Shown here: positions 33,478-45,783 of the stretch, piece after piece
How positions within the stretch are numbered: position 1 is the first letter of the stretch
Layout: every line of letters starts with the position of its first letter
Origin: Eledone cirrhosa
Lineage: Eukaryota
Reading direction: 5' to 3'
DNA: 64,000 nucleotides
Assembly: GCA_964016885.1 (NCBI GenBank)
Contig: OZ024740.1
Coordinates: 164,362,001-164,426,000 of the forward strand
The notes under the pieces: model-generated
What the model saw: the letters and a program-made list of their open reading frames with translations, nothing else
What the model was told of the DNA's origin: nothing
Database searches by the model: none
Position numbers and translations under genes: made by a program

Positions 33478-33688
33478 AGTATAATCACAATGCCAGTGAT
33501 TTGGGGATAGGCGAAAGTCAATTAAATCGACCCCAGTACGTTACCGGTGCTTTATTTTATCGACCCCATAAGGATGGAAGGCAAAGTTAACCTCGGTGGG
33601 ATTTGAACTTAGAACGTAAAGGGCTATAACTCTATGCCACGAAGCATGCTGTCCGACCCTCTACCGATACTGCCAATCCGCTGCCCTA
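33478..33688 (-). mobile_element. SINE copy, long variant
   Basis: Same head and body as 7303-7488, plus a GTCAATTAAATCGAC hairpin segment. Confidence 0.8.
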
Positions 33689-35138
33689 ATATGATTAAGT
33701 ATTTAGTGCATTATTTAGTACATGGTACTAATCTATCAGTATAATGGTTAGATTTAATTTTAATTTTAGTGAGTTTTTGGATAGTTTCAAATTGTATTTT
33801 GTTGCTGAGTACGTGTGTGTAAAGAGAAGAAATACATATAGTATCATGATACTGTGTGGACTGTGAACTTTGCTGAAAGGCGCTGGTACAAAGGATTTTT
33901 TTGTTGAAAATTTAATTGGTGTAGTGTTAATATAGCTAAGGTAGAGAGGAGTACGATATTGTGTTTTTATATTATGCTAAACTTTGGTATATTATGTTTT
34001 GTTTTGGATGTCCTTTTGTTGAAACTATTATGTCTATTAATATAGGTTAGGTATAATATAATTAAACGATTTAGATTTAGATAATTTATTATGAAATAAA
34101 TATGATTAAGTATTCATTACACTTCACAATATATGGTATTTATTCATCTGGTGGTCAACACTTGACATGAAACAGATATTCATTATGATGCTATTTCTAG
34201 CATGTCTGGCAATTAGGTAGATGTCCCATCTTAGACTCGGGATTTGTTCTTGGTAAGCACTAAAGTACAGATCCATGATAAGATAAGGATGAGAGTTACG
34301 GTCACACCAGCTTTCTGCGAGGGAGTGGGCATCTTTAAAAACATTATTTAGTGATTTAGTTGCTTCTTCTATAAGGTTGATGGAGCACATAGTGATTCAA
34401 ATGAGTTTGTTATTTTGTGTGCATATATATTTGTTTTGTGAGAGCTGTTTGAAAAAGAAGGTTGTTTAAGATGTTATTGGTATTTGTACATGTGGATGTT
34501 TGTACGAGTGTGCATGCAAATATGTGAATCGTTGTGTATATATGTGTGTATGCGTGAATGTATGTGCACGCGTGTGTGTATACGCGCACGTGTGTAAGTG
34601 TGTGTGTGTGTGTGTGTGTATGTGTGTGTGTGTGTGCGCGCGCGCGCGCGTGTAATTGTCATAATTCACTTTTTTGGTACAAGAGAAAGTGAACGTTTTA
34701 GTATGTTCATAGTAAAATTTATGCGAATATGATGAAATTAAACATGGGGGTATGGGAAGCAGCGGAGACGCAGAAACCGGCGCTGAAGATGGATAGCCTA
34801 AATTTCAGAACATATTTTAAAATAGTATTGTTTGTTCTGATGGAAGTAGAATTATTACTCAGCAGAGAAACAACTTATTTACATTCGTTTTTACTCACTA
34901 TTCAGATTTTCCCGAGTCATAAGAAAAATGTCATCATACCTATCATTGACAACCCAATACATAACGCTAACAATTTGGCTCAATTCTTTCAAAACTACAG
35001 TGATGCTTATTTGTTTTAAGCCGATACTCTCCACTTCTAGCACATGCACATATTATCACTTCCCATTCTATCACAAAGTGGAGTGCTTGTCTCGCGATCA
35101 TCCGATTTATTATGGCTATATATATATATATATACATA

Positions 35139-36000
35139 CGAGGTGGGTCAGAAAAGTTCCAGGACTGATGTCACAAAAGATTTATTTCAAACCCAAACTT
35201 CACACTAAGAGTTTTCTCCTTCAAAGTAATCCCCCTGGAGTATGTAACTGTAATCTTAGCTCTCTGCAGCGATCAAACTTTTTTCTTCATAATTTTAAAT
35301 ACATGTCCTCTGTTTCAGGTCGTCAAGCAATGAGTACAGAGCAACGAACAAACTTGAAGTTTCTGGTACGTTTGGGGAAAACTCTGTCAGAAGCACTGGG
35401 ATTGCTGCAGCAAGTGTATAGCACGCTCACGTTTTTTTGAGTGGTGCAAGATGACCCCAGGAGCGGAAGGCCCTCAACAACCAGGACTGAGGTCAACGTT
35501 GAGCGAGTCAGGTAGATGGTGCGTATCGATCGTCGGCTGACTGTTCGACTGATGGCAAATGAGCTGGGCATGAATCGGGACAGCGTCTGGAAGATTCTCA
35601 CTTAAGATTTGGACATGCGGAAAGTCTGCGCGAAGATGGTGCCAAAACTGCTGAACGATGACCAGAAGGGCAAGTGTGCCAGGACATTCTCGAGCGTCTT
35701 GAAACCGAACCAGACTTGCTAGGGACAGTCATCACCGGTGATGAGTCATGGATCTTCGAGTACGACTCGGAGGAGACCCGTTTTGAAGATGTGAACGACA
35801 TCAACAAAGCCGTGACGACGGAACTGCGGAGGATCCCGGAAGAATCCTTCCAAGAGTGCATGCAAGCGTGGCAGAAAAGGATGGAAAAGTGCATTAGACT
35901 CCAGGGGGATTACTTTGAAAGAGAAAACTCTTAGTGTGAAGTTTGAGTTTGAAATAAATCTTTTGTGACATCAGTCCTAGAACTTTTCTGACACACCTCG
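35139..36000 (+). mobile_element. Tc1/mariner non-autonomous element with 103-bp inverted termini and TA target duplication
   Basis: TA|CGAGG...CCTCG|TA. Transposase remnants MSTEQRTNLKFLVRLGK, DDPRSGRP, VPKLL, ITGDESWIFEYD, GDYFE; catalytic core deleted. Confidence 0.92.
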
Positions 36001-36033
36001 TATATATATATATGTGTGTGTATGTGTGTATAT

Positions 36034-36094
<61 letters not shown>

Positions 36095-36174
36095 CGCGTC
36101 TGTGTGTGAGTGTGTGGCAGGGGACAACCCAATTATTACTATTTGGGCTGCTTCTCCTACCACCACATCACCAA

Positions 36175-36210
<36 letters not shown>

Positions 36211-36565
36211 ATTTTCTCATGTTTTCTTATTTTCCTAATATATATGTATATATAATGCAGAAGGCGAATAAAACTGTAAGAGAAAAACAATGGCAATGAC
36301 AGAAGATGCAGGGAGACAGTAAGGAGAAGTGAAATCATAGAGAAGAAAACAAGGAACTTCCCCTCGTCAGCTATCCATCATCGCAGTTTCGTACGACTAT
36401 GTATGTTTATATGTAACAATTTCAGAAATATGCCTTTGTCGTAGTTTAGTAAAGAAACGGAACTTTAGTTATCCCGTTCATTAAACAGGCCTCACTTACA
36501 TACGTTACACGAGAGGGGGAAAGAGAGTGGGACAGAGAGAGATACAGAAAAGAGTGACATATATG

Positions 36566-36629
<64 letters not shown>

Positions 36630-36631
36630 AA

Positions 36632-37378
36632 TATGGAGAATAGAAATGGCTATGTAGTTCTTATTTAAGGTAACTTAGAATGCAGTGACAATACGAAGAA
36701 AGCAAGAACAGGGCGGGGTGTGTGTGTGTGGGGGTGGGGGGGGGGGGGGTCCTCATCAGTTGTCTATTGGAGGTCTAGGATATTTCTACGCTTTAAAGAC
36801 AAGATACCACTTCACCCCAGGGCGTCAATAACTGGATAAGTTATTGGGAAAACGAGGAAGGAGGGAAGGAAAGCAAAGGGGAAGAAAAGAGAAACAGTAA
36901 CAAAACAGCGAAAAACCCCCACAAACCGAGCAATGTGCTGAGCAGCTATAGGTAGGAAATCTAAGACCACTCGATAATAGAACTTAAGTTCGAGACCGAG
37001 TAATCGAGAGGAAAGACACACGTCCTATCGCCGCAGTTGTAAGTGAGAAGAGAACTGCTAAACGGTCAGACGAGGGGGTGAAAGGGAGAGGGAGAAAGGG
37101 AGAGGAAAAAAGTGAGGTAAGAGTAGATATAGAGAAAAGGAGGGGAAGAAAGAGGGTTGAGAGTAGAAAGTGGCGAAATAGGTAGGTAGAAGGGGAGAGA
37201 AGAATGGTCACAGCGAAAACCATGATGAAATATATAGAGAATAGAAATGGCTGTCTAGTTGGTATTTAAGGTAACTTAAAATGCAGTGGGAATACGAAGA
37301 AAGCAAGAACAGGGGGGGGGGGGGCGGTTCCTCATCAGTTGTCTACTGGGGTTCTCGGATATTTCTACGCTTTAAAGA
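36632..37378 (-). repeat. ~150-bp direct repeats (36632-36799, 37233-37378) around a purine-rich spacer; possible non-autonomous PLE-like unit
   Basis: GAGAATAGAAATGGCT...TCCTCATCAGTTGTCTA...CTACGCTTTAAAGA occurs twice. Confidence 0.65.
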
Positions 37379-37437
37379 GAGCGAGATATAGAGATATAGA
37401 GATAGATATATAGATAGAGAGAGAGAGAGATAGATAG

Positions 37438-37503
<66 letters not shown>

Positions 37504-38822
37504 TGGTAGTGAGAAAGAGAAAGAGTAAGTAAGAGAGAAACAGAGAGAAGTCGGACATTAATAGATCTAACAATATCATCATCAAGATCCAAAAGCTACT
37601 GTGTCAAATGCATCACTGATAGTAGGTTCGAGGACGGCTAATATAGTAATCTCGTTGACGTTGAATGTACCTATCTCTTGCGTGGGGTGTCATTATAGTC
37701 TTGAAGACGATGGGTGGGTGGGGGTCGAATGGAAGATGGACAGAGGTGAAAGATTGTCGCGAACACTAAAAATAAAAGAAAAGCGGGAAAAGGCGTGTAT
37801 GTAGCACGGAGAACACCTTTCTTGATGGACTGGCATGTGTTTAACCGCTGTGTTTAAACAGTAAAATGCCATTTTGATCAGAGTAAGGTATTGTGAGATG
37901 TAATTATGAGGACAATGTTCGGATTGAAAAGGTAGAACGTATAGAGTAGGCGATAAAAAAAGCCATCCGGTGATATCATATTTTAAAGACTACACCAATA
38001 ATCTATCTCACCTAAAACAGACACTCCTGGAGGACGCATTCGGTAAACTCTGGTCTAACCTAAATGGTTGGTTTCCGCCACTATGCTGGTAGATTTTCTT
38101 GTTTGTTTAATGTTTCCCTCATAAATCTTTTAATTACATCTGTGTATATTAACAATGGATTGACTGAATTGTTTGCGTGTCAGAAAAAATATTTTGCATC
38201 ATATGTTCAGTTTCTTTACGTTCTGAATTCAGGGCGCGCTGAGATTAACATTGTCTTTCATTCTTTGAAGAGCAATAAACAAAAATGCCAGTGAAGTATT
38301 GTAGTCTACATAGTTAACTGTTCACCCAACCATATATTTATCCATGTAAGCATGCTAGAAATCATTATATCTGTGCATATAAATATTCTGAATAATTAGT
38401 GTAATATTTATAAATGTTGCAGTATATCAAGTGAGTGTGATTTCAACCCCTATGTCAATATACTTCTACAAACTCTAGTTCAAGCAGAAAACGAAAGCGG
38501 CATCACAAGACATGAAAATCCATGACAACCGAATGAAAAGAATCTGTTTCCATGGAATAAATAAAGGGATCAGTCTGAAATTCCGAGACTTTACCAAGTA
38601 CGAGAGGCACATGAAGAATGGCCGGACTGTACACTGACTGAATCTTTGTGACTATAACAACCATGATTGGTACATTAATTTCAATACATTAGTAGACAAT
38701 AATATCTTAATATATATGTGTATCATAGTTACTCATTTTTATATAATTTTGTAAATCTCCTCATAATCGGTAATCACAATTTTTACTTTTTATTCCTTCT
38801 ATTAAACAGTCATAGTGGAAAT

Positions 38823-39046
38823 AATTGTTTCTACTTTAGACACAAACCAGCGATTTGAAGGGAAGAGGAAATTCGAATAGATCGATATCAGTGCGTTACT
38901 GGTACTTTAATTTATCGACCCCTGTAAGGATAAAAGGCAAAGCTAACTTAGGCGAGGTTTGAACTCAGAACGTTACGGGCCGTAACTCTATAACTCTATA
39001 CTGTAATGCATGTTTTCCGATGTTCTATCAATACTTCCAATCGACC
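38823..39046 (-). mobile_element. SINE copy (long variant); a partial plus-strand copy follows at ~39105-39205
   Basis: Tail, body and head are recognisable. Confidence 0.78.
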
Positions 39047-40054
39047 GATTTTTAGAGCGTAGAATTAAATACAATGTTGTATTTGGTCCAGCTTATTAAA
39101 TTCCGAGTCAGTACAATAAAGTAGCAGTCAAGTACTGGGTTCGATATAATCGACTTTCCCTTTACGCCAAACTATTGGCTGTGTGCCAATGTTAGAAAGA
39201 AATATAACTACTACTGTTGTAGACTTATTAATTTTTTACATCCATAAATCTTTAATTCAAGTGAAATAACATTATAAATTTCCTTTATTGAGCTGAGTAC
39301 GCAATAACAATACATTATTTGATCGAATGTTTACACAGAATGACCAATAATAATAGCGAAGGATGTAGACGGAAACAAGAACGAATCGAATGCAATTATA
39401 GACATAATGAGCGTTAAACAACTGATCTGATTTCATTTTATCTTATCACATCTCTTTTAAACACATCTAATTTCATTTTATCGCCTCTCGTCTGCTTCGC
39501 GCTTGATTATATCATATATTGCATATAATTGCGTTTTCAAATTCATTCTCCATTCGTTATTCGTCTTTAATTATTGAAGAACAAAAACAATACCAATGTT
39601 AAGTGTTACAGATGTTATTGGTATAGTTGTTGTTAACAGATAAGAGGAGTTGCATTTCACAGTAGCTGCTGCTACGTTAAATAACGGCGGTGCTAAACGT
39701 GTTAAGAATTTATTTGTAGACATATGAACCATTTTAAATATAATCATTTTGGTAGTAGTGTACAATACAACATGTATGTATGTATGTATTTATGTATTTA
39801 TGTATGTATGTATGGATGGATGGATGGATGGATGGAAGGATGGATGTATTCTTGTATGAACAGACAGTCATATGTGAAAACATATAAGCAATTACATAAG
39901 TATTTGTTTGTGAGATAGTGTATATATATAGTTATACGTGAATTTATGACAAGTTACGCGAAATTAGTATTATAACTAAAATTAAATAAATACTATTATC
40001 TGGCATCCAGTATGACCTGATAACAGATCATATCTTCCCACTTCGATTTCAATG

Positions 40055-40098
<44 letters not shown>

Positions 40099-40201
40099 AT
40101 GTTGTACATATATATATATAACGAAGGAATTGTGGTAAGGAACCAGATGGACCATAACGCACCAGAGTACTCAATGCGTAGGGTAGTAGAGTGGGTAATA
40201 A

Positions 40202-40309
40202 GAAAAAGTATGACCCCGACGGCAGAGCTCAAGCCGTTTCGACGGCTATTTCTGGACTGAAATAGCCGTCGAAAAGGCTTGAGCTCTGCCGTCGGGGTTA
40301 TACTTTTTC
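40202..40309. repeat. Inverted repeat, ~51-bp arms, 6-nt spacer
   Basis: GAAAAAGTATGACCCCGACGGCAGAGCTCAAGCC... and its reverse complement, with 2 mismatches. Confidence 0.88.
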
Positions 40310-40332
40310 CTATATATATATATATATATATA

Positions 40333-40630
40333 TATAAAGAAAAAGAGATGAAATCGAAAATGCAACTGGAGTCTTATTTTTTTTTTAAATATATATATTT
40401 ATTTGGTTCCTTTACCGGTTTCGCAGTTCTTCTGCTTTTCAAAAGTAGAGTTGAGATGGAGGGTCTGTGGTTTTTCTCACATGTAAGAAAAACCACAGAC
40501 CCTCCATCTCAACTCTACTTTTGAAAAGCAGAAGAACTGCGAAACCGGTAAAGGAACCAAATAAATATATATATTTAAAAAAAAAATAAGACTCCAGTTG
40601 CATTTTCGATTTCATCTGTTTTTCTTTATA
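40333..40630. repeat. Near-perfect ~300-bp palindrome with hammerhead-like motif; right arm extends into a unique tail to ~40690
   Basis: Centre ACATGT at 40479-40484; (TA)n on both outer sides. Confidence 0.92.
40518..40553 (+). ncRNA. Minimal hammerhead, U3-A8 core variant
   Basis: CTT-TTGAAAA-GCAGaagaaCTGC-GAAA-CCGG-TA-AAG. Confidence 0.6.
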
Positions 40631-40683
40631 CTTTCACTCGTGTAGGACACCGGTTATTTTTCAATTTGTAAAAAAAACCTCAC

Positions 40684-40717
<34 letters not shown>

Positions 40718-40766
40718 TGATATATATATATTTATATATATATATATATATATATTGATATATATA

Positions 40767-40797
<31 letters not shown>

Positions 40798-40802
40798 CAA
40801 TA

Positions 40803-40961
40803 TGTTTGCTGAAAATCATGATTGTTTGATTCTTATAGCATTCTAGTAATAATCAGGAACTGATTACACAGAGCGGTTGACCGGCAACCGTTCTGTATAA
40901 TCAGTTCCTGATTATTACTAGAATTCTATAAGAATCAAACATTCATGATTTTCAGCAAACA
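40803..40961. repeat. Inverted repeat, ~77-bp arms, followed by a degenerate hammerhead (40974-41018)
   Basis: TGTTTGCTGAAAATCATG...CATGATTTTCAGCAAACA with about 4 mismatches. Confidence 0.88.
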
Positions 40962-41199
40962 GGTGGAGTACTTAGCCTTGATAAGTACCAAATAGTACAA
41001 AACAGAGCTCTGTCAGCTTTATCTCCCTTTGTTTGCTGAAAATTTAATGTAAGTGAGACTGTCACTACTCTAAAACAATAGCGTAAGGTCTTCAAAATGC
41101 TTTTGATTAAGCATACAGTGTATTGCAAAATACACTATATATACATTCATATATATATATCGCTATTTCAGAGCACCAATTCTAATATATATATATATA

Positions 41200-42068
41200 T
41201 ATCTAGGGCGGGTAAAATTCCCGAGATCCACAGACGACTTCTCTCCAGCGGTCTCTTCATCATCACTGCCATGCCCTGAGTCTCCAAGAGAGTTGTGTCT
41301 GTTCTTATGGCATCAACATATGTGTCCGTGCAGGGACTCCCACAGGAGCACTGACTGAGTGTCAACTCTGAATGTCGTTGAGCATGTCCAGCTAACCTCA
41401 GTCTCCTCTGTGTTACTTTCAGTGCTGACATTTGGGAGGCTCCCGTACAACTCTGAGTTCTTCATCCTCAGTGTATACTGATTAATGTTCAGAGCCATCC
41501 TCAGCATTATCGTTTGGTACCCATCCACCATCTGAATGAGTTTGTTGGTCACTGTCCAAGTCTCAGACTCCACTGTAGCAACGAAGAGGCGGATTTTTAG
41601 GTCTTTACGAAAGTCCGACTTCCACACCGATCTCCAGCTGTGGCACGCCGCCCAGGCTTTACTCTTCCTCTCAACCACATCATCCTATGTGTTCCCAATC
41701 TTTGCTCCCAGATACAGGAAGTCCTCAACCAACTCTTCCTGCCTACATTCATAATCTTCTCTGGCTTCTTAATATTATCTACCAGATATTTCGTCTTAAT
41801 CTCATTCATTCTCAGTCCCACACTCATCGACACAGTCTGCATCTCCTGCATCAACTACTCTGCCTCCTTAACTGTATTTGTCACCAGAACTATGTCGTCA
41901 GCAAATTCAGCACCTGATATCTTTTTCGCCTTAACTCTCCTGCTCTGAGCCGGTGATACAGTAAAGCCAGAGTCCTGGTGTTTCTCCAGCGCAAGGCGCA
42001 TACAAAAGTCCACTACGATGATAAAAGGTAGGGAACCAATGTACTCCCTGGAATACTCCAGCCAGTAT
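41200..42068 (-). mobile_element. RTE-clade LINE fragment, decayed RT C-terminal half
   Basis: EFADDIVLV, GLRMNEIKTKYL, KAWAACH..VWKS..LKIRLFVATVES, QRRLRLAGH. Confidence 0.82.
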
Positions 42069-42101
42069 CTCAAAGAAATCCGTCATCTCGTCATAGATAT
42101 T

Positions 42102-42171
<70 letters not shown>

Positions 42172-42384
42172 TATATTTATTTATTAAAATAACAGATTAA
42201 AGTTTAAGCAAAGAATCGCTGCTTTCACCCTTAACGGGATCTTCTGAAACTAACCCTCTCTGGATTTTAGTCTTCAAATTTATTATTATTACTATATATA
42301 TATATATATATATATAGTAATAATAATAAATTTGAAGAATTAGCCGTCGAAACGGCTTGAGCTCAGCTGTCGGGATCTTACTGG

Positions 42385-42477
<93 letters not shown>

Positions 42478-42481
<4 letters not shown>

Positions 42482-43431
42482 GGAATAGAATGAAACGAAA
42501 TTTCATTTCTCACTCTTAGTACGGCACTTACTTAAATGTAAGTATGTATGTATACGTACATACATATATGTATACAGACGTACAGTAGCATATATATATA
42601 TACATACAGGCACACATATATATATGCACGTATCAGTTTACCGAACATTTATTATAATGCTCGGTTTGTTCGTTGTAAACAAACAAACAGCCTGAATTAC
42701 GTATACCTTTCTGCCAGATGGTTGAACGTCCGAAAGTATATACTTTCCTTATGAAAATTAACGGCTGAGCAGCCTATCAGTGTTGAACAAAAAGGTGACG
42801 TGGTTGCCTAAACACTGTACGGCGTAATTCAGGCTGTTTGTTTACAAACGAACAAACCGAGCATTATAATAAATGTTCGGTAAACTGATACGTGCATATA
42901 TATATGTGTGCCTGTATGTATATATATTCATGCTACTGTACGTCTGTATACATATATGTATGTACGTATACATACACACTTACATTTAAGTAAGTGCCGT
43001 ACTAAGAGTGAGAAATGAAATTTCGTTTCATTCTATTCCATTTATCGTTTTCGGTGCGCCTGGCCGACTGAACTCACTCGATATGCAAATTAGGCTGCTC
43101 AGCCGTTAATTTTCATAAGGAAAGTATATACTTTCGGACGTTCAACCATCTGGCAGAAAGGTATACGGTGCTGACGATAGCTAATAAGCTTGAAACTAGT
43201 ACCGTTCCTGTGTCAGTGTTGAACAAAAAGGTGACGTGGTTGCCTAAACGCTGTACGGCGTAATTCAGGCTGTTCGTTTGTTTACAAACAAACAAACAAA
43301 CCGAGCATTATAATAAATGTTCGGTAAACTGATACGTGCATATATATATGTGTGCCTGTATGTATATATATATATACATGCTACTGTACGTCTGTATACA
43401 TATATGTATGTACGTATACATACATACTTAC

Positions 43432-43435
<4 letters not shown>
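42478..43435. repeat. Fold-back arrangement of the 30120-type unit between (TA)n tracts
   Basis: 42478-42698 is mirrored at ~42825-43045 and again at ~43262-43435. Confidence 0.82.
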
Positions 43436-43528
<93 letters not shown>

Positions 43529-43621
43529 AATATCTATGACGGGATGACGGAGTTCTTCGAGATAAATATCTATATAGACACACAAACACATACGCACACA
43601 CGCAAACAAACACACACACAC

Positions 43622-43668
<47 letters not shown>

Positions 43669-44152
43669 GTAGAAGGCATGAAGACAGCCGCCAGCCGGTA
43701 TTTTTCAAGTGTCACATTTGTAAAGATGCCAGTAAAAACAAAGCAGGTCTGAAAATTTACCTGTGTCTATATGATTCATTATGTAATGTTCAATGAAGAG
43801 ATTGCACTTCTCTGACAAGAAATATCACCCCCCCCCATATATATATATATAGAGAGAGAGAGATTACACAAGTATCAACGTTATGTTTAAATCATCTACT
43901 CACTGACAAATGTTTCTTCCAAATCTTAGTTTGGAGTCATCGGAGCATTATCAATGTTTGTACATAAAATTAACCTCCTATTCAACTGACGAATCATATA
44001 GATACATATATATTGATGTTGTGAACAACAGTTTAGTATATATAGGGTGTAATGGATGCGACATATATTATACGAGAATTGTACAATAATTCAAATTCAA
44101 GTTAAAGTTAAAGTTAAAATTAAAAGCACAGAGTGGAATACATGTGTGTGAG

Positions 44153-44248
44153 TGTGTGGATTGGCAGTATCGGTAGAGGGTCTGACGCCATGCTTTGCAG
44201 CAAAGAGTTACGGCCCTTTATGGTCTGATTTCAAATCCCGCCGAGGAA
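44153..44248 (+). mobile_element. SINE 5' head fragment
   Basis: GTGGATTGGCAGTATCGGTAGAGGGTCTGACGCCATGC...TTCAAATCCCGCCGAGG. Confidence 0.8.
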
Positions 44249-44378
44249 TTGTAAAAGCCTTAGCTGTCCAAAGTTGTCCACATAGAATATATATATATAT
44301 ATATAGAATCCAAACCTCGGTTTGGAGGAAACAATTGTAAGCAAATAAATGACTTAAACTGAACTTTGATTACTGTAA

Positions 44379-44442
<64 letters not shown>

Positions 44443-44903
44443 ACAATCGCGCAAATGCCGACTCTATAACTTAGTAATAATCTTAATAATGATTATCATT
44501 TATTCTGATGGCGAAACTCCAGTGTAACAAGGCTCAATCCTTTATATATATATTTCTATGTATATATGTAATGTTTTATTTATAGTTAGTCGCATTCAAT
44601 TATTCAGTCTGTCTAATAACGTAAATAGAATCATAATTATATATGTTATACCTCAGATGTCTATCTATGTTAGACATTTCCTTTGGCAGATTCAGGTTAA
44701 TGGCGTGTTGTCTAGGTTGAATTGACCATTTTACTTAAGCACACCTATATTCAGTTGACTACACACCCATATACATACACACAAACACATATACATAACA
44801 TAGATGCGCACGCACACTCAACTATATATATGTATACCAAATGTATATATATATATATATATACACACAGAATATAATTAGGTTTTAGCTTCGAGGATTT
44901 AGC

Positions 44904-45005
44904 TATCTGTATAGAGCTATGCTCGAAGCTAAATCCTAATTATATTCTGTATATATATACAGAATATAATTAGGATTTAGCTTCGAGCATAGCTCTATAC
45001 AGATA
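44904..45005. repeat. Palindrome centred on a short (TA)n
   Basis: TATCTGTATAGAGCTATGCTCGAAGCTAAATCC... mirrored. Confidence 0.88.
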
Positions 45006-45783
45006 TGTATAGAAATTTCGCATATATATATATATATATAAATACATATATGCATATAAAGAAATGGTAAGTATTAACACTATGAAGATTAAGAAATCTC
45101 CAATAATATATTTCTGTGTATAAATCCAAGGATTAGCGACAAACTGCTAAATGTTTCCATCTCCTGAGATTAGTCTGACAAGATATTTAATCGAGAAAAA
45201 AATCGGTTGGCCGTCAATCATTAAATCTATAAATGTATTCATGTGTGAGTTTATCTGATGGAAGGACTTCGACTTGATCATGTCATATTATTTTAGTTGC
45301 AACTATTTTCAGGTAATTTGCCTAGATTTATTTACAATTTGAATAATGCTGTAATCAGATGTAAGGTGATTCAATTTGCTAAAAGTTTGAAAAATAGATA
45401 TAGCATGTAAAGAACTGTGACACTTCTACGTTGTCTACATAACTGTCCTGTCACAGATGACACCTAGTATATCAGTGTCTGCAAAACCCTTATATTAGAT
45501 TACATATATAGATTTAATGAAAATGTAAGATCCATTGCTTGAAGAACACAAATATACGCCTGTAAAAAATATATTAGGATATAAAACTATTTTATAAAAT
45601 ACTAGATTATAATTTACGAAATATCCTGCCATAATCTTGGGGATATAATGATTTTCATGGACTGCTTTGTCATGGTAGGGACATGCTCGTACAGCCTGTA
45701 GTCCACTGTGTCGTGTTGGTGACTACCAGAGTTTATTGGATGGCACAAACACTCCTGCAGGTTCGTCTTAATATAGTATATAT

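Noticed and set aside
34124-34390. Possible LINE ORF1 esterase remnant
   Set aside because: Similarity too weak to support without a search.
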